DNA from: Elusimicrobiota bacterium
GTDB lineage: Bacteria; Elusimicrobiota; Endomicrobiia; Endomicrobiales; JBDRNC01
Length of the DNA: 64,000 nt
Reading direction: 5' to 3'
Assembly (NCBI GenBank): GCA_043811535.1
Contig: JBDRNC010000037.1
Span: 1 to 64,000, forward strand
Below, one piece after another: positions 46,902 through 57,512 of the stretch. The translations under genes and the position numbers were made by a program. Positions within the stretch are counted from its first letter, which is position 1. Each line of letters begins with the position of its first letter. The notes under the pieces were generated by a model. That model worked only from the letters and a program-made list of their open reading frames with translations, did no database searches and was not told the DNA's origin.

Positions 46902-49900
46902 ATGAAAGAAATGATTTTTTCGGAAAAAAACCCGTTATGGTATAAAGACGCCGTTATATACGAGCTTAATGTCCGCACTTTCTGCGACAGCAATGACGAC
47001 GGCATCGGCGACTTCAAAGGGCTTAAAAGCAAGCTGGATTATATAGAAGACCTCGGCGTGACGGCTATATGGCTTCTGCCTTTCTATCCGTCCCCTCTCA
47101 AGGACGACGGGTACGATATATCGGATTACTGCAACGTCAATCCGGATTACGGGACGCTGCGCGATTTCAGGGAGTTCCTTGCCGCCGCGAAGGAAAAGGG
47201 GCTGCGCGTGATCACGGAACTTGTGCTTAACCATACTTCCGGCGAGCACGCGTGGTTCAAGCGTTCCAGAAAAGCTCCCGAAGGTTCGCCGCTCAGGGAT
47301 ATGTACGTATGGAGCGATACGCCCGATAAATACCGCGACGCGAGGGTTATATTCAAGGATTTTGAAAGTTCCAACTGGACGAGAGATCCGGTTTCAGGCA
47401 AATATTTCTGGCACAGGTTCTATTCGCATCAGCCCGACCTGAATTTCGACAACCCGCTTGTGCAGAAAGAGTTACTCAAGGTCATAGATTTCTGGCTGGA
47501 GATGGGCGTCGACGGGCTGCGGCTGGACGCAGTGCCGTACCTCTTCGAGCGAGAAGGGACCAACTGCGAAAACCTTCCCGAAACGCACGAATTCCTAAAA
47601 AAGCTGAGGAGCCACGTCGAAGGCAATTACAGAGACAAGATGTTGCTTGCCGAGGCCAATCAATGGCCGGAGGACGCGGCGCGTTATTTCGGCGACGGCG
47701 ACGAATGCCACATGGCGTTCCATTTCCCGCTGATGCCGCGGATGTTCATGTCGGTCCAGATGGAAGACAGTTTCCCTATCATAGATATACTCCAGTCCAC
47801 CCCGAAAGTGCCCGACGCCTGCCAATGGGCCATATTTCTCAGGAACCACGACGAGCTTACGCTTGAGATGGTGACTGACGAGGAGAGGGACTACCTGTGG
47901 AGGTTCTACGCCAAGGACCCGCGCGCCAAAATAAACGTCGGCATCAGGCGTCGGCTGGCCCCGCTTCTCGGTAACAACCGCAGGAAAATAGAACTTATGA
48001 ACCAGCTCCTCTTTTCGCTGCCCGGCACGCCGGTTATCTATTACGGCGATGAGATAGGCATGGGCGACAACTTCTACCTCGGAGACAGGAACGGGGTCAG
48101 GACGCCTATGCAGTGGTCTCCGGACAGGAACGCCGGTTTCTCAAAAGCGAACCCGCACGGGCTGTGCCTTCCTGTGATAATAGATTCGGAATATCATTAC
48201 GAGGCGCTGAATGTTGAAACGCAGGAGAAGAACCTTTCGTCGTTCCTGTGGTGGACCAGAAGGGTGATCGCGATGAGAAAGAAATTTAAGTCTATCACTC
48301 TCGGCAGCATGAAAGTCATCCAGCACGGCAACACGAAAGTCCTGGCTTTCATACGCCAGTACGAGAATGAGATAATGCTTTTTATTATAAATCTTTCAAG
48401 GTTCTCGCAGGTCGCCGAGATTGACCTGTCCGAGTTCGCGGGATACATCCCGGAGGAAGTGTTCAGCCAGAACAAGTTCCCAGTTATAGAGAAAAAGCTT
48501 TACGTGCTTACCATGGGGCCTCATAACACGTTCTGGCTCCTGCTGAAGAAAGAGACGGCGACGGATGCAGCGGCGGAAGACAAGGGCTTGCCGGAAATAT
48601 CCGTGAAGGGTAAATGGGAAAGTATTTTCAAGGGGAGGGAGAAGGATAACTTCCTGAACAAGGCCATTATTCCTTACATAAAAAGGAGCAGATGGTTCGC
48701 TTCAAAATCAAAGATAGTTAGACGTTTCAGGATAGCCGATGAATTCTATTTTAAGAAAAATAATTCCTTTTCCGTAATATTCTTGGTGGAAATGGAATAT
48801 AACGAAGGAGTCCCGGAAACCTATGTCGTGCCGGTTTCGTACTGCCTTCAGGAGAATTTCACAGTGACCGCGAGCGAGTTTCCCCAGTCGATGATTGCCG
48901 GTGTTGCGTCTGCTGACGGGAAGGGCGTTCTCTACGACGGCTTCTATGACGAGGAATTCCGCTCGGAACTCCTGAATATCACGGTCAGGATGAAAAATAT
49001 ATCCGGAGAGAATGGCGTAATTTCGGGCGTGCGCGGGGAAAGAGTCAAGGAGCTTATGGGAGAGAAAGGGCTTTCTCTTACTTCAACGGTGCTGAAGACC
49101 GATCAGAGCAACTCTTCGGCTGTTTACGAGAAGAACCTGATAATAAAACTATACCGCAAGCTGGGCGAAGGAGTGAATCCGGAAGCGGAAATACTGAAAA
49201 ATCTTACAGAAAAGGGCCAATTTAAGAATATTCCTGAATATGCCGGAACGCTGGAATACAGGGCCGGCAAGAACTCGGTTTACACGCTGGCGATGCTGCA
49301 GAGCTATATCGAAACCTCAAGCGACGCGTGGAAATACACGGGTACCGTGCTTGATTCCTATTTTGACCACGTGCTTTCAAAGAAAACGGAGCTGGCGCCG
49401 CCTCAGCAGAAGGAGGGTTCCGTCAAGACAGAGCCGGCGGAAGCATTGAAACCGCAGCCATCTATTGAAGAACTTGTCGGAGGCATGTACGTCGAGATGG
49501 CCGCTTTACTCGGGAAACGTACGGCCGAAATGCACATGGCGCTTGCCCAGAATATCGATGATCCCGTTTTTGCCCCGGAACCGTTCTCGCTGCTTTACCA
49601 GAAATCGCTGCACCAGTCCATATACAGCCAGATAAGAAGGACATTCGGACTGCTGAAAAAGAACATCGCGAAGATCCCTGAGAATTTACGGGCGGAGGCC
49701 GAAGAAGTGCTCGCCTCCGAACCCGCGCTCGTTTCAAAACTGAACATGATAGTCGCAAAGAAGATCTCGGCCGACAAGATACGCATACACGGAGATTATC
49801 ACCTTGGGCAGGTGCTCTACACCGGCAAGGATTTCATAGTGATAGATTTTGAAGGCGAACCGGCAAGGGCCTTGAGCGAGCGCAAGCTGAAGCAATCGCC

Positions 49901-50240
49901 GTTCAAGGACGTGGCAGGCATGATAAGGTCGTTCCATTACGCCGCGTACGGCACGGTGCTGCTGAAGTCATCGCTGCGCCCCGGGGACGCGGTGTACCTG
50001 GAAAAATGGGTGGATTCGTGGTATAAGCACGTGACGGGCATATTTTTGGATTCATACCTGATGGCGGCCGACGGCGCGGGTTTCATTCCGCGCCAGAAGG
50101 ACGAAGTTGAAACCCTTATCCGCGTATTCCTCATAGAAAAGGCCGTATATGAACTGGCATACGAGCTGAACAACAGGCCCGATTGGGTCGGAATACCCCT
50201 GAAGGGACTGAAAAGAATAATCACCGGAGCCGGTATCTGA
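46902..50240 (+). CDS. treS: trehalose synthase (maltose alpha-D-glucosyltransferase) fused to maltokinase
   Basis: WYKDAVIYE, GLRLDAVPYL, AEANQWPE, FLRNHDELTLE; C-terminal DQSNSS, IRIHGDYHLGQ, IDFEGEP. Confidence 0.95.
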   Translation: MKEMIFSEKNPLWYKDAVIYELNVRTFCDSNDDGIGDFKGLKSKLDYIEDLGVTAIWLLPFYPSPLKDDGYDISDYCNVNPDYGTLRDFREFLAAAKEKGLRVITELVLNHTSGEHAWFKRSRKAPEGSPLRDMYVWSDTPDKYRDARVIFKDFESSNWTRDPVSGKYFWHRFYSHQPDLNFDNPLVQKELLKVIDFWLEMGVDGLRLDAVPYLFEREGTNCENLPETHEFLKKLRSHVEGNYRDKMLLAEANQWPEDAARYFGDGDECHMAFHFPLMPRMFMSVQMEDSFPIIDILQSTPKVPDACQWAIFLRNHDELTLEMVTDEERDYLWRFYAKDPRAKINVGIRRRLAPLLGNNRRKIELMNQLLFSLPGTPVIYYGDEIGMGDNFYLGDRNGVRTPMQWSPDRNAGFSKANPHGLCLPVIIDSEYHYEALNVETQEKNLSSFLWWTRRVIAMRKKFKSITLGSMKVIQHGNTKVLAFIRQYENEIMLFIINLSRFSQVAEIDLSEFAGYIPEEVFSQNKFPVIEKKLYVLTMGPHNTFWLLLKKETATDAAAEDKGLPEISVKGKWESIFKGREKDNFLNKAIIPYIKRSRWFASKSKIVRRFRIADEFYFKKNNSFSVIFLVEMEYNEGVPETYVVPVSYCLQENFTVTASEFPQSMIAGVASADGKGVLYDGFYDEEFRSELLNITVRMKNISGENGVISGVRGERVKELMGEKGLSLTSTVLKTDQSNSSAVYEKNLIIKLYRKLGEGVNPEAEILKNLTEKGQFKNIPEYAGTLEYRAGKNSVYTLAMLQSYIETSSDAWKYTGTVLDSYFDHVLSKKTELAPPQQKEGSVKTEPAEALKPQPSIEELVGGMYVEMAALLGKRTAEMHMALAQNIDDPVFAPEPFSLLYQKSLHQSIYSQIRRTFGLLKKNIAKIPENLRAEAEEVLASEPALVSKLNMIVAKKISADKIRIHGDYHLGQVLYTGKDFIVIDFEGEPARALSERKLKQSPFKDVAGMIRSFHYAAYGTVLLKSSLRPGDAVYLEKWVDSWYKHVTGIFLDSYLMAADGAGFIPRQKDEVETLIRVFLIEKAVYELAYELNNRPDWVGIPLKGLKRIITGAGI

Positions 50241-50450
50241 GATGAAGCAGTTGCGAGGAACTTCGTTCTTTGCAACAAAAATGAAAATGACCCGCCGGCG
50301 CTGGACGTGTCATCAATTGACGCGGCTATTCGCCGCATTGATGACACAGCTTTGGCGGGTTCACCTAAACTCGGTTTGCAATCTTACATGTGTTTCAATA
50401 ATGCCGTAATAGTCAAAACGATTAAAAAAAATCTGAGGAGAATTTATTAG

Positions 50451-52271
50451 GTGAAAATAGGCGCGTGGCTTGAAAAGGACGGCAAGTCGTCTTTTACAGT
50501 GTGGGCGCCTTTTGCCGCCGGCGTTGAGCTGAACATTATTACCCCGGAAGCCAGAAAAATACCCATGGATAAAAAGGAAGACGGTTACTGGCGGCTTGAA
50601 AGCGCCGGCATTCCGGCGGGTGCCGGGTACATGTATATTGTCGACGGCAAAACCCCGAGGCCGGACCCGTCTTCATTTTATCAGCCGGAGGGGGTCCACG
50701 GGCGCTCTGAACTTGTTGACCATGATTCTTTCAAGTGGAACGACGGCGCGTGGAAAGGTATCGAACCGGGTAAAATGATCGCCTACGAGCTGCACATAGG
50801 AACTTTTACCGCAGAGGGAACATTTGACGCCGCAATAAATAAGTTGGATCATCTCAAGGGGCTTGGAGTAAACGCGGTTGAAGTGATGCCGGTAGCGCAG
50901 TTTCCCGGCAGGAGGAACTGGGGCTACGATGGCGCATATTTCTTTGCGGTCCAGAACTCGTACGGCGGCCCCGAAGGCTTCAAGAGATTCGTCGACGCCT
51001 GCCACGGTAAAGGCATGGCCATCATACTTGACGTAGTTTACAACCATTTCGGCCCCGAAGGGAATTATATTGAGAACTACGGCCCGTATTTTACGGGTAA
51101 ATACGGCACGCCGTGGGGCAAGGCCGTCAATTACGATGACGCGCGCTGCGAAGGCGTCAGGAATTTCGTCGTCAGGAACATGGAATGCTGGTTCAAGTGT
51201 TTTCACGTCGACGCGTTGCGACTGGACGCCATTCACGGCATATACGATAAAGGCCCGAAACACATTCTCAAAGAACTGTCCGAAGAAAAAGCGGTTGTCG
51301 GGAAAGAAGCCGGGAGGAAATTCTACCTGATAGCCGAAAGCGACCTTAACGATCCGCGCGTGATCGAATCGTTTGATAAAGGCGGGTACGGCATAGACGT
51401 CCAGTGGCTGGACGATTTCCATCACTGTCTGCATACTCTTTTGACCGGCGAAAAGGGCGGCTACTACGCGGATTTTGGCAAAACAGAGGACCTGGCGAAA
51501 TGCCTGAAAAACGGTTTCGTCTATGACGGCATATATTCGCGCTACCGCGGCCGGAACCACGGCGGTCTGTCCGCGCAGTTCGGCGGCGACAGGTTTTTCG
51601 TTTTTGCGCAGAACCACGACCAGGTCGGGAACAGGATGATGGGCGAACGGCTGTCGGCGCTTGCGGATTTTGAATCTCTCAAGCTGGCGGCGGGCTGCGT
51701 GATTTTGTCTCCCTATATTCCCATGCTGTTCATGGGAGAGGAATACGGCGAAAGCGCGCCGTTTATGTATTTCATAGAGCACGGGGACAAAGGCCTTGTA
51801 GATGCGGTCCGCAAGGGCAGGAAGAAGGAGTTCGAGGCCTTCGCGTGGGACAGGGAAATCCCTGACCCGCAGTCCGAAAAGACATTCAACGATTCCAAAC
51901 TCAGTTGGGACAGGGCGGAAAAGGCGCCGGGAAAGATATTGTCGGGGTTTTACAGGAAGCTGATAGGGATGAGAAAGACGCTGGCGGCATACGGGAACCC
52001 GGATAAGAACACATTGTCGGCTGTTTCGCCGGAAGGTTCAAGAATAATTCAGATGACGCTCGGAACAGACAAAGACGAGTTGCTTTGCCTGATGAATTTC
52101 GGCGATAAAGACGCCGAATTCAAAGTCGCTGCGGCGGGCAGCTGGACGAAGCTTATTGATTCATCGGACAAGGAATGGGCGGGCTCGGGGGGCACTGCGC
52201 CGGGATTGTATAATTCCGGCGGGATGTGCCTGATGCGCGCAAGAAGCATTGTTTTATACGGCCGAAAATAG
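50451..52271 (+). CDS. treZ: malto-oligosyltrehalose trehalohydrolase
   Basis: QPEGVHGRS, YELHIGTFT, RNWGYDG, LRLDAIH, IAESDLN, QNHDQVGNR. Confidence 0.95.
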   Translation: MKIGAWLEKDGKSSFTVWAPFAAGVELNIITPEARKIPMDKKEDGYWRLESAGIPAGAGYMYIVDGKTPRPDPSSFYQPEGVHGRSELVDHDSFKWNDGAWKGIEPGKMIAYELHIGTFTAEGTFDAAINKLDHLKGLGVNAVEVMPVAQFPGRRNWGYDGAYFFAVQNSYGGPEGFKRFVDACHGKGMAIILDVVYNHFGPEGNYIENYGPYFTGKYGTPWGKAVNYDDARCEGVRNFVVRNMECWFKCFHVDALRLDAIHGIYDKGPKHILKELSEEKAVVGKEAGRKFYLIAESDLNDPRVIESFDKGGYGIDVQWLDDFHHCLHTLLTGEKGGYYADFGKTEDLAKCLKNGFVYDGIYSRYRGRNHGGLSAQFGGDRFFVFAQNHDQVGNRMMGERLSALADFESLKLAAGCVILSPYIPMLFMGEEYGESAPFMYFIEHGDKGLVDAVRKGRKKEFEAFAWDREIPDPQSEKTFNDSKLSWDRAEKAPGKILSGFYRKLIGMRKTLAAYGNPDKNTLSAVSPEGSRIIQMTLGTDKDELLCLMNFGDKDAEFKVAAAGSWTKLIDSSDKEWAGSGGTAPGLYNSGGMCLMRARSIVLYGRK

Positions 52272-52306
52272 GAAGAACAGAAAACACGAAAAGAGAGAGA
52301 AACTTA

Positions 52307-54733
52307 ATGGAAAGATATCTGTGCATTCACGGACATTTTTATCAGCCGCCCAGGGAAAACCCGTGGCTGGAGGAAGTCGAAACGCAGGACTCGGCGTATC
52401 CTTATCATGACTGGAACGAGCGCATTACGGCGGAGTGCTACGCGCCGAACACCGCGTCAAGGATACTGCAGGACTTCGACAAGGTCGCGGATGTGGTCAA
52501 TAATTATTCCAAAATAAGCTTCAATTTCGGGCCCACGCTTCTTTCGTGGATGGAAAGGAAAAAACCCGAGATATACAGAGCCATCCTTGAGGCGGACAAG
52601 AAAAGCATGGAGTATTTTTCCGGCCACGGAGCGGCCATAGCGCAGGCCTACAACCACATGATCATGCCGCTTGCCAACTCGAATGACAAGCGGACGCAGA
52701 TAGTATGGGGATTAAAGGATTTTGAGCGCAGGTTCGGCAGGAAACCGGAAGGCATGTGGCTTCCAGAAACGGCGGTTGACACGGAAACCCTCGAACTGCT
52801 CGCGGAACACGGCATCACATTCACGATACTCGCGCCGGGGCAGGCGAAAAGCGTTAGGAAGATAGGGGATGAACAGTGGGTTGATGTTTCCGGGGCAAAA
52901 GTGGACCCGAAACGCCCTTATCTCTGCAACCTTCCGTCAGGCGCGAAGATAGCTTTATTTTTTTACGACGGGCCCGTATCGCAGGGCATCGCTTTCGGCG
53001 GGACGCTGGACAGCGGGGAAAGTTTTGCCGAACACCTGCTGGGCGCTTACTCGGAAAACGGAGAGGCCCGCGAATTAGTCCATATCGCCACCGACGGCGA
53101 GACATACGGCCACCACCATTCTCACGGCGACATGGCGCTGGCCTACTGCATAAATCATATTGAGTCGAACAAGCTCGCGAAAGTGACCATATACGCGGAA
53201 TACCTGGAGAAGCATCCTCCGGAGTACGAGGTGGAAATATTCGAGAATTCCTCATGGAGCTGTTTCCACGGCGTCGAGAGATGGAGGAACAACTGCGGCT
53301 GCAACTCAGGTCTGCATAATGAGTGGAACCAGGAGTGGCGCGCGCCCCTGCGAAGCGCTTTGGACTGGCTGAGAGACAACCTCTTAACGATATATGAAGA
53401 GAAGATGAAGGAACTGGTCAGGGACCCGTGGGCCGCCAGGAACGGATATGCCGGCGTAATCCTTGACAGGTCTGAAGAAAAGCTGAAAGCATTTATTTCG
53501 GAAAACGCACCGAGAGAACTTTCCGAAGAAGAAAAATCCAAGCTGTTGAAGCTCCTTGAAATGCAGCGGCACGCCATGTTCATGTACACGAGCTGCGGCT
53601 GGTTTTTTGACGAACTGTCCGGAATTGAAACGGTCCAGATAATAAGTTACGCGGCGAGGGCCGTTCAGCTGGCGCACGAGGTGAGCGGTATATCCTTTGA
53701 AGATAGCTTCAAGGGCCTTATTGAACGGGCGAAGAGCAATATCGGGGAATTCGAGAACGGAGCCAAGATTTACGAGATGTTCGTAAAACCCTCGATCCTC
53801 GACATAGTGCGTGTGGGCGTCCATTACGCGATATCGTCTTTGTTTAAAGTTTACCAGGAAGATTCCGGAATCTACAATTACGGGGTGTGCCGTCAGAAAT
53901 ACCAGAAACTGGAATCGGGCAAGCAGAAATTAGCGGTCGGCAGGATAAGCATGCGCTCCCTTATAACAAGGGAGGAATCGGACATTACTTTCGCGGTTCT
54001 TCACATGGGAGACCATAACATTGTCGGCGGCGCGAGGAAGTTCATCGGAGAAAAGGAGTACGAGGAAATGCAGCAGTCCGTGGCAGACGCCTTCCAGAAA
54101 GCCGATATCTCCGGTGTCATACGCCTTATAGACGCCAATTTCGGCGAGCATAATTATTCGCTCTGGCATTTGTTCCGCGACGAACAGCGCGAAGTGCTGG
54201 ACAAGATACTCTCCGAAACTTTCGGCGATATCAGGGCCACCTCGAAACAGATATATGAACGTCATTACCCCGCGATGAAGGTGCTCAAGTGGCTTAACCT
54301 GTCAGTGCCGAAATATTTCAATGTTGTCATGGAAGAAGTCCTGACGAACGACATATTGAAAATGCTGGCAGGCGAAAAACAGGACGCCGCCGAATATGAC
54401 AAAATTACCGGCGAGATCAACCAGTGGCCGGTGAAGATTGATAAAAAGATAATCGGCTACAAGGCAAGCAAGCGGATAGACGAACTTGTGGAAAAATATG
54501 AGAAAAATCCTGCCGATCCGGATATCCTGCGCAATATTGTTGTTATAATAGATTCGATGAAAAAGCTGAACATCACGCTGAATCTCTGGCGGGCGCAGAA
54601 CATATTTTTCTCCAAAGGCAAGGGCATAATGGAAACATACGAAGCGAAACTCGGCGAAGGCGCGAAGGAATACGAGGCAATGATCGGCGATTTGAAAATG
54701 CTCGAAGAACATTTAAGGATAAGGACTAAATGA
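52307..54733 (+). CDS. GH57 / DUF3536 glycoside hydrolase
   Basis: CIHGHFYQPPRENPW, GMWLPETAVD, ATDGETYGHH, MYTSCGWFFD; ATG 52307. Confidence 0.92.
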   Translation: MERYLCIHGHFYQPPRENPWLEEVETQDSAYPYHDWNERITAECYAPNTASRILQDFDKVADVVNNYSKISFNFGPTLLSWMERKKPEIYRAILEADKKSMEYFSGHGAAIAQAYNHMIMPLANSNDKRTQIVWGLKDFERRFGRKPEGMWLPETAVDTETLELLAEHGITFTILAPGQAKSVRKIGDEQWVDVSGAKVDPKRPYLCNLPSGAKIALFFYDGPVSQGIAFGGTLDSGESFAEHLLGAYSENGEARELVHIATDGETYGHHHSHGDMALAYCINHIESNKLAKVTIYAEYLEKHPPEYEVEIFENSSWSCFHGVERWRNNCGCNSGLHNEWNQEWRAPLRSALDWLRDNLLTIYEEKMKELVRDPWAARNGYAGVILDRSEEKLKAFISENAPRELSEEEKSKLLKLLEMQRHAMFMYTSCGWFFDELSGIETVQIISYAARAVQLAHEVSGISFEDSFKGLIERAKSNIGEFENGAKIYEMFVKPSILDIVRVGVHYAISSLFKVYQEDSGIYNYGVCRQKYQKLESGKQKLAVGRISMRSLITREESDITFAVLHMGDHNIVGGARKFIGEKEYEEMQQSVADAFQKADISGVIRLIDANFGEHNYSLWHLFRDEQREVLDKILSETFGDIRATSKQIYERHYPAMKVLKWLNLSVPKYFNVVMEEVLTNDILKMLAGEKQDAAEYDKITGEINQWPVKIDKKIIGYKASKRIDELVEKYEKNPADPDILRNIVVIIDSMKKLNITLNLWRAQNIFFSKGKGIMETYEAKLGEGAKEYEAMIGDLKMLEEHLRIRTK

Positions 54734-57510
54734 TGATACCGAGAGCGACATACAGGATACAGTTTACCCCGAAATACGCGTTCAGCGACGCGATGAAGAT
54801 TCTGGATTATCTCTCCGGCCTCGGCATCTCCCATATTTACGCCTCTCCGGTGCTCAGAAGCAGGAAAGGGAGCGACCACGGCTACGATATGGTCGACCCG
54901 GAACAGATCGACCCCGAACTCGGCGGAGAGGACGGCTTTGAAGAGCTGGCTCGTTCGGTCCGCGAACACGGCATGTTCTGGCTGCAGGATATAGTTCCGA
55001 ACCACATGGCCTTTGATACCGAAAATAATATGCTGATGGATGTTTTCGAGAACGGGGAGCATTCGCCGTACCGCGATTATTTTGATATAGAGTGGAAACA
55101 CATTTACAGCAACATGAGGGGAAGAGTGCTGGCGCCCTTCCTCGGAAAATTCTATTCGGAATGCCTTGAAAGCGGCGAGATTCGCCTTCAGTACGCGGAG
55201 AACGGCTTGAGCATCAACTACTATTCGCTGAAGTTCCCGCTGAAGATAGAATCTTATGCGGCCGTTTTCGAAAGAAACCTTGAAAAGCTTGACCAGGACT
55301 CCGGCAAGGACAATCCCGATTTCATGAAGTATATAGGGAACCTTAATTTGACAAAAAACGTCAACCAGAACAAGGAATCAAGAGCGGAGCAGATAAAGCA
55401 TTTCAAGAAGATGATGTGGGGGCTTTACACGGAAAGCGGGGCCGTGCGCAGCTTCATAGACGGAAACATAACCGAATTGAACGGCAAGCAGGGGGACAGG
55501 GGCAGTTATAACGAGCTCGACAAGCTTCTTTCGGAGCAGTATTACCGCCTTTCGTTCTGGAAAGTCGCGTCAGAAGAGATAAATTACCGCAGGTTCTTCA
55601 CCGTCAATGACCTTATATCCATGCGCGTGGAAAAGCAGGATGTTTTTGACCGCATGCACGTGAAAATATTCGAACAGATAGAAAAGGGCAACATACACGG
55701 CCTCAGGATAGACCATATAGACGGGCTTTTCGATCCCGACACTTACTTGAACAACCTGAGGGGAAAGAACAAGGATATCTACATCGTTGTTGAAAAGATA
55801 CTCGGGTACGACGAAGATCTTCCGCCGGAGTGGGAAGTGCACGGGACCACGGGCTATGATATCCTGAATTTCATGAACGGCCTGTTCTGCAACGGGCGCA
55901 ACCAGAGGATATTTACGTCGTTATACAGCAAGTTTGCCGAGATCATACCGCGTTACGAAGAAGTAGTTTTTAACAGGAAGCGGCTCATCATAGGAAAACA
56001 CATGGCCGGCAACATCGACAACCTTGCCCAGGCGCTCAAGAACATCTCCGGCAGCGACCGCTACGGCACGGACATTACGCTGTACGGTCTGAAGAGAGCT
56101 TTCGTGGATGTCATGGCGCTTTTTCCCGTTTACAGGACATATATAACCCAAGGCAGGTACAGCGAGCAGGACAGGAAGTACATTATCCAGGCGATAGAAT
56201 TGTCCAAACAGAAGAACCCGGGACTGCTGTATGAGCTCAATTTTATTGAGAAATTCCTGCTGATGAAATTCGATGATAACGTCAGCGAAGAAGAAAAGGC
56301 CAAGTATATACAGTTTATAATGAATTTTCAGCAGTACACCGGCCCTATCATGGCAAAAGGCCTTGAGGATACGGTGTTTTACCTGTACAACAGGCTGGTC
56401 TCAATGAACGAGGTCGGAGCCGATCCGGTCAGATTCGGCGTTTCAAGGGCCGAATTCACTGATTTTGTAAAACGGAGAAACGGGAGATGGAAGCACTCGT
56501 TGAACGCGACGGCCACGCACGATACGAAAAGAGGCGAGGATGTAAGGGCGCGTCTGAACGTGCTTTCGGAAATGCCGAGGGAATTTTACAGAAGGATAAA
56601 GACCTGGGCAAAACTCAACAAGAATAAAAAAACGGTTCTCAAGGGGATCCCGGCGCCGGACAAGAATGACGAGTACCTGATATACCAGACATTGCTCGGC
56701 ACGTATCCGTTCGACCACGAAGATGATTACACGGAAAGGATAAAGCAATACGTGATAAAAGCCGTCAGGGAATCCAAGGAGCATACCGCCTGGATCAAGC
56801 CGGATACCGATTACGAGGACGCGTGCACAACTTTTGTGGAAAAGCTGCTTGACGCTTCGCGCGGCAACGCTTTTCTTGATGATTTCTTGCCGTTCCAGAA
56901 GAAAATATCGGAACTTGGCATTTATAATTCGCTTTCTCAGGCAGCGCTGAAGATAATGCTTCCGGGCGTTCCCGATTTCTATCAGGGGACGGAACTGTGG
57001 GATCTTTCTCTCGTGGATCCGGATAACAGAAGGCCCGTGGATTACGCCAAAAGGATCGGCTACCTGGAAGATATCAAGCGCAGAAGGATTGAAAACAACG
57101 GGGGGCTGCTGGCCGAACTGCTGGCATCAAAGAATGACGGCAGGATAAAGCTGCTGCTTGTTTATGCCGCGCTTCAATTCAGGAAAGACAATCCCGGCCT
57201 ATTCGGCGAAGGTTCGTATGTGCCCGTGCAAGTGGTTGGAAAGAAAAAAGACAACCTTTTTGCTTTTGCCAGGCACAAAGACGGAGAATGGGCTCTCTGC
57301 GTTGTCCCCAGATTGCCTGTTTCGCTTCTCGGTTCTGCCGAGAAAATCGACGGGAATGTGTGGGACGATACTTATATAAAACTTCCCGAAAGCGCCCCCC
57401 GCCGCTGGAATAATGTCATAACGGCGAATTTTATAGAGAGCGAAAACAGCGCGCTGTACATCAAAAACGTGCTTGCAGAATTCCCGGCGGGTCTTTTATA
57501 TTCAAAGTAG
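54730..57510 (+). CDS. treY: malto-oligosyltrehalose synthase
   Basis: PRATYRIQF, DIVPNHM, NYRRFF, GLRIDHIDGL, VVEKIL, THDTKRGED, PGVPDFYQG. Confidence 0.95.
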   Translation: MMIPRATYRIQFTPKYAFSDAMKILDYLSGLGISHIYASPVLRSRKGSDHGYDMVDPEQIDPELGGEDGFEELARSVREHGMFWLQDIVPNHMAFDTENNMLMDVFENGEHSPYRDYFDIEWKHIYSNMRGRVLAPFLGKFYSECLESGEIRLQYAENGLSINYYSLKFPLKIESYAAVFERNLEKLDQDSGKDNPDFMKYIGNLNLTKNVNQNKESRAEQIKHFKKMMWGLYTESGAVRSFIDGNITELNGKQGDRGSYNELDKLLSEQYYRLSFWKVASEEINYRRFFTVNDLISMRVEKQDVFDRMHVKIFEQIEKGNIHGLRIDHIDGLFDPDTYLNNLRGKNKDIYIVVEKILGYDEDLPPEWEVHGTTGYDILNFMNGLFCNGRNQRIFTSLYSKFAEIIPRYEEVVFNRKRLIIGKHMAGNIDNLAQALKNISGSDRYGTDITLYGLKRAFVDVMALFPVYRTYITQGRYSEQDRKYIIQAIELSKQKNPGLLYELNFIEKFLLMKFDDNVSEEEKAKYIQFIMNFQQYTGPIMAKGLEDTVFYLYNRLVSMNEVGADPVRFGVSRAEFTDFVKRRNGRWKHSLNATATHDTKRGEDVRARLNVLSEMPREFYRRIKTWAKLNKNKKTVLKGIPAPDKNDEYLIYQTLLGTYPFDHEDDYTERIKQYVIKAVRESKEHTAWIKPDTDYEDACTTFVEKLLDASRGNAFLDDFLPFQKKISELGIYNSLSQAALKIMLPGVPDFYQGTELWDLSLVDPDNRRPVDYAKRIGYLEDIKRRRIENNGGLLAELLASKNDGRIKLLLVYAALQFRKDNPGLFGEGSYVPVQVVGKKKDNLFAFARHKDGEWALCVVPRLPVSLLGSAEKIDGNVWDDTYIKLPESAPRRWNNVITANFIESENSALYIKNVLAEFPAGLLYSK

Positions 57511-57512
57511 AA

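Noticed and set aside
50673..51782. 369-aa antisense ORF (and similar shadows at 29050-29919, 44859-45671, 61149-61805)
   Set aside because: Opposite well-supported genes, no motifs; codon-bias shadows
46902..57510. treS-treZ-GH57-treY cluster as a novel system
   Set aside because: Well-known glycogen/trehalose interconversion arrangement
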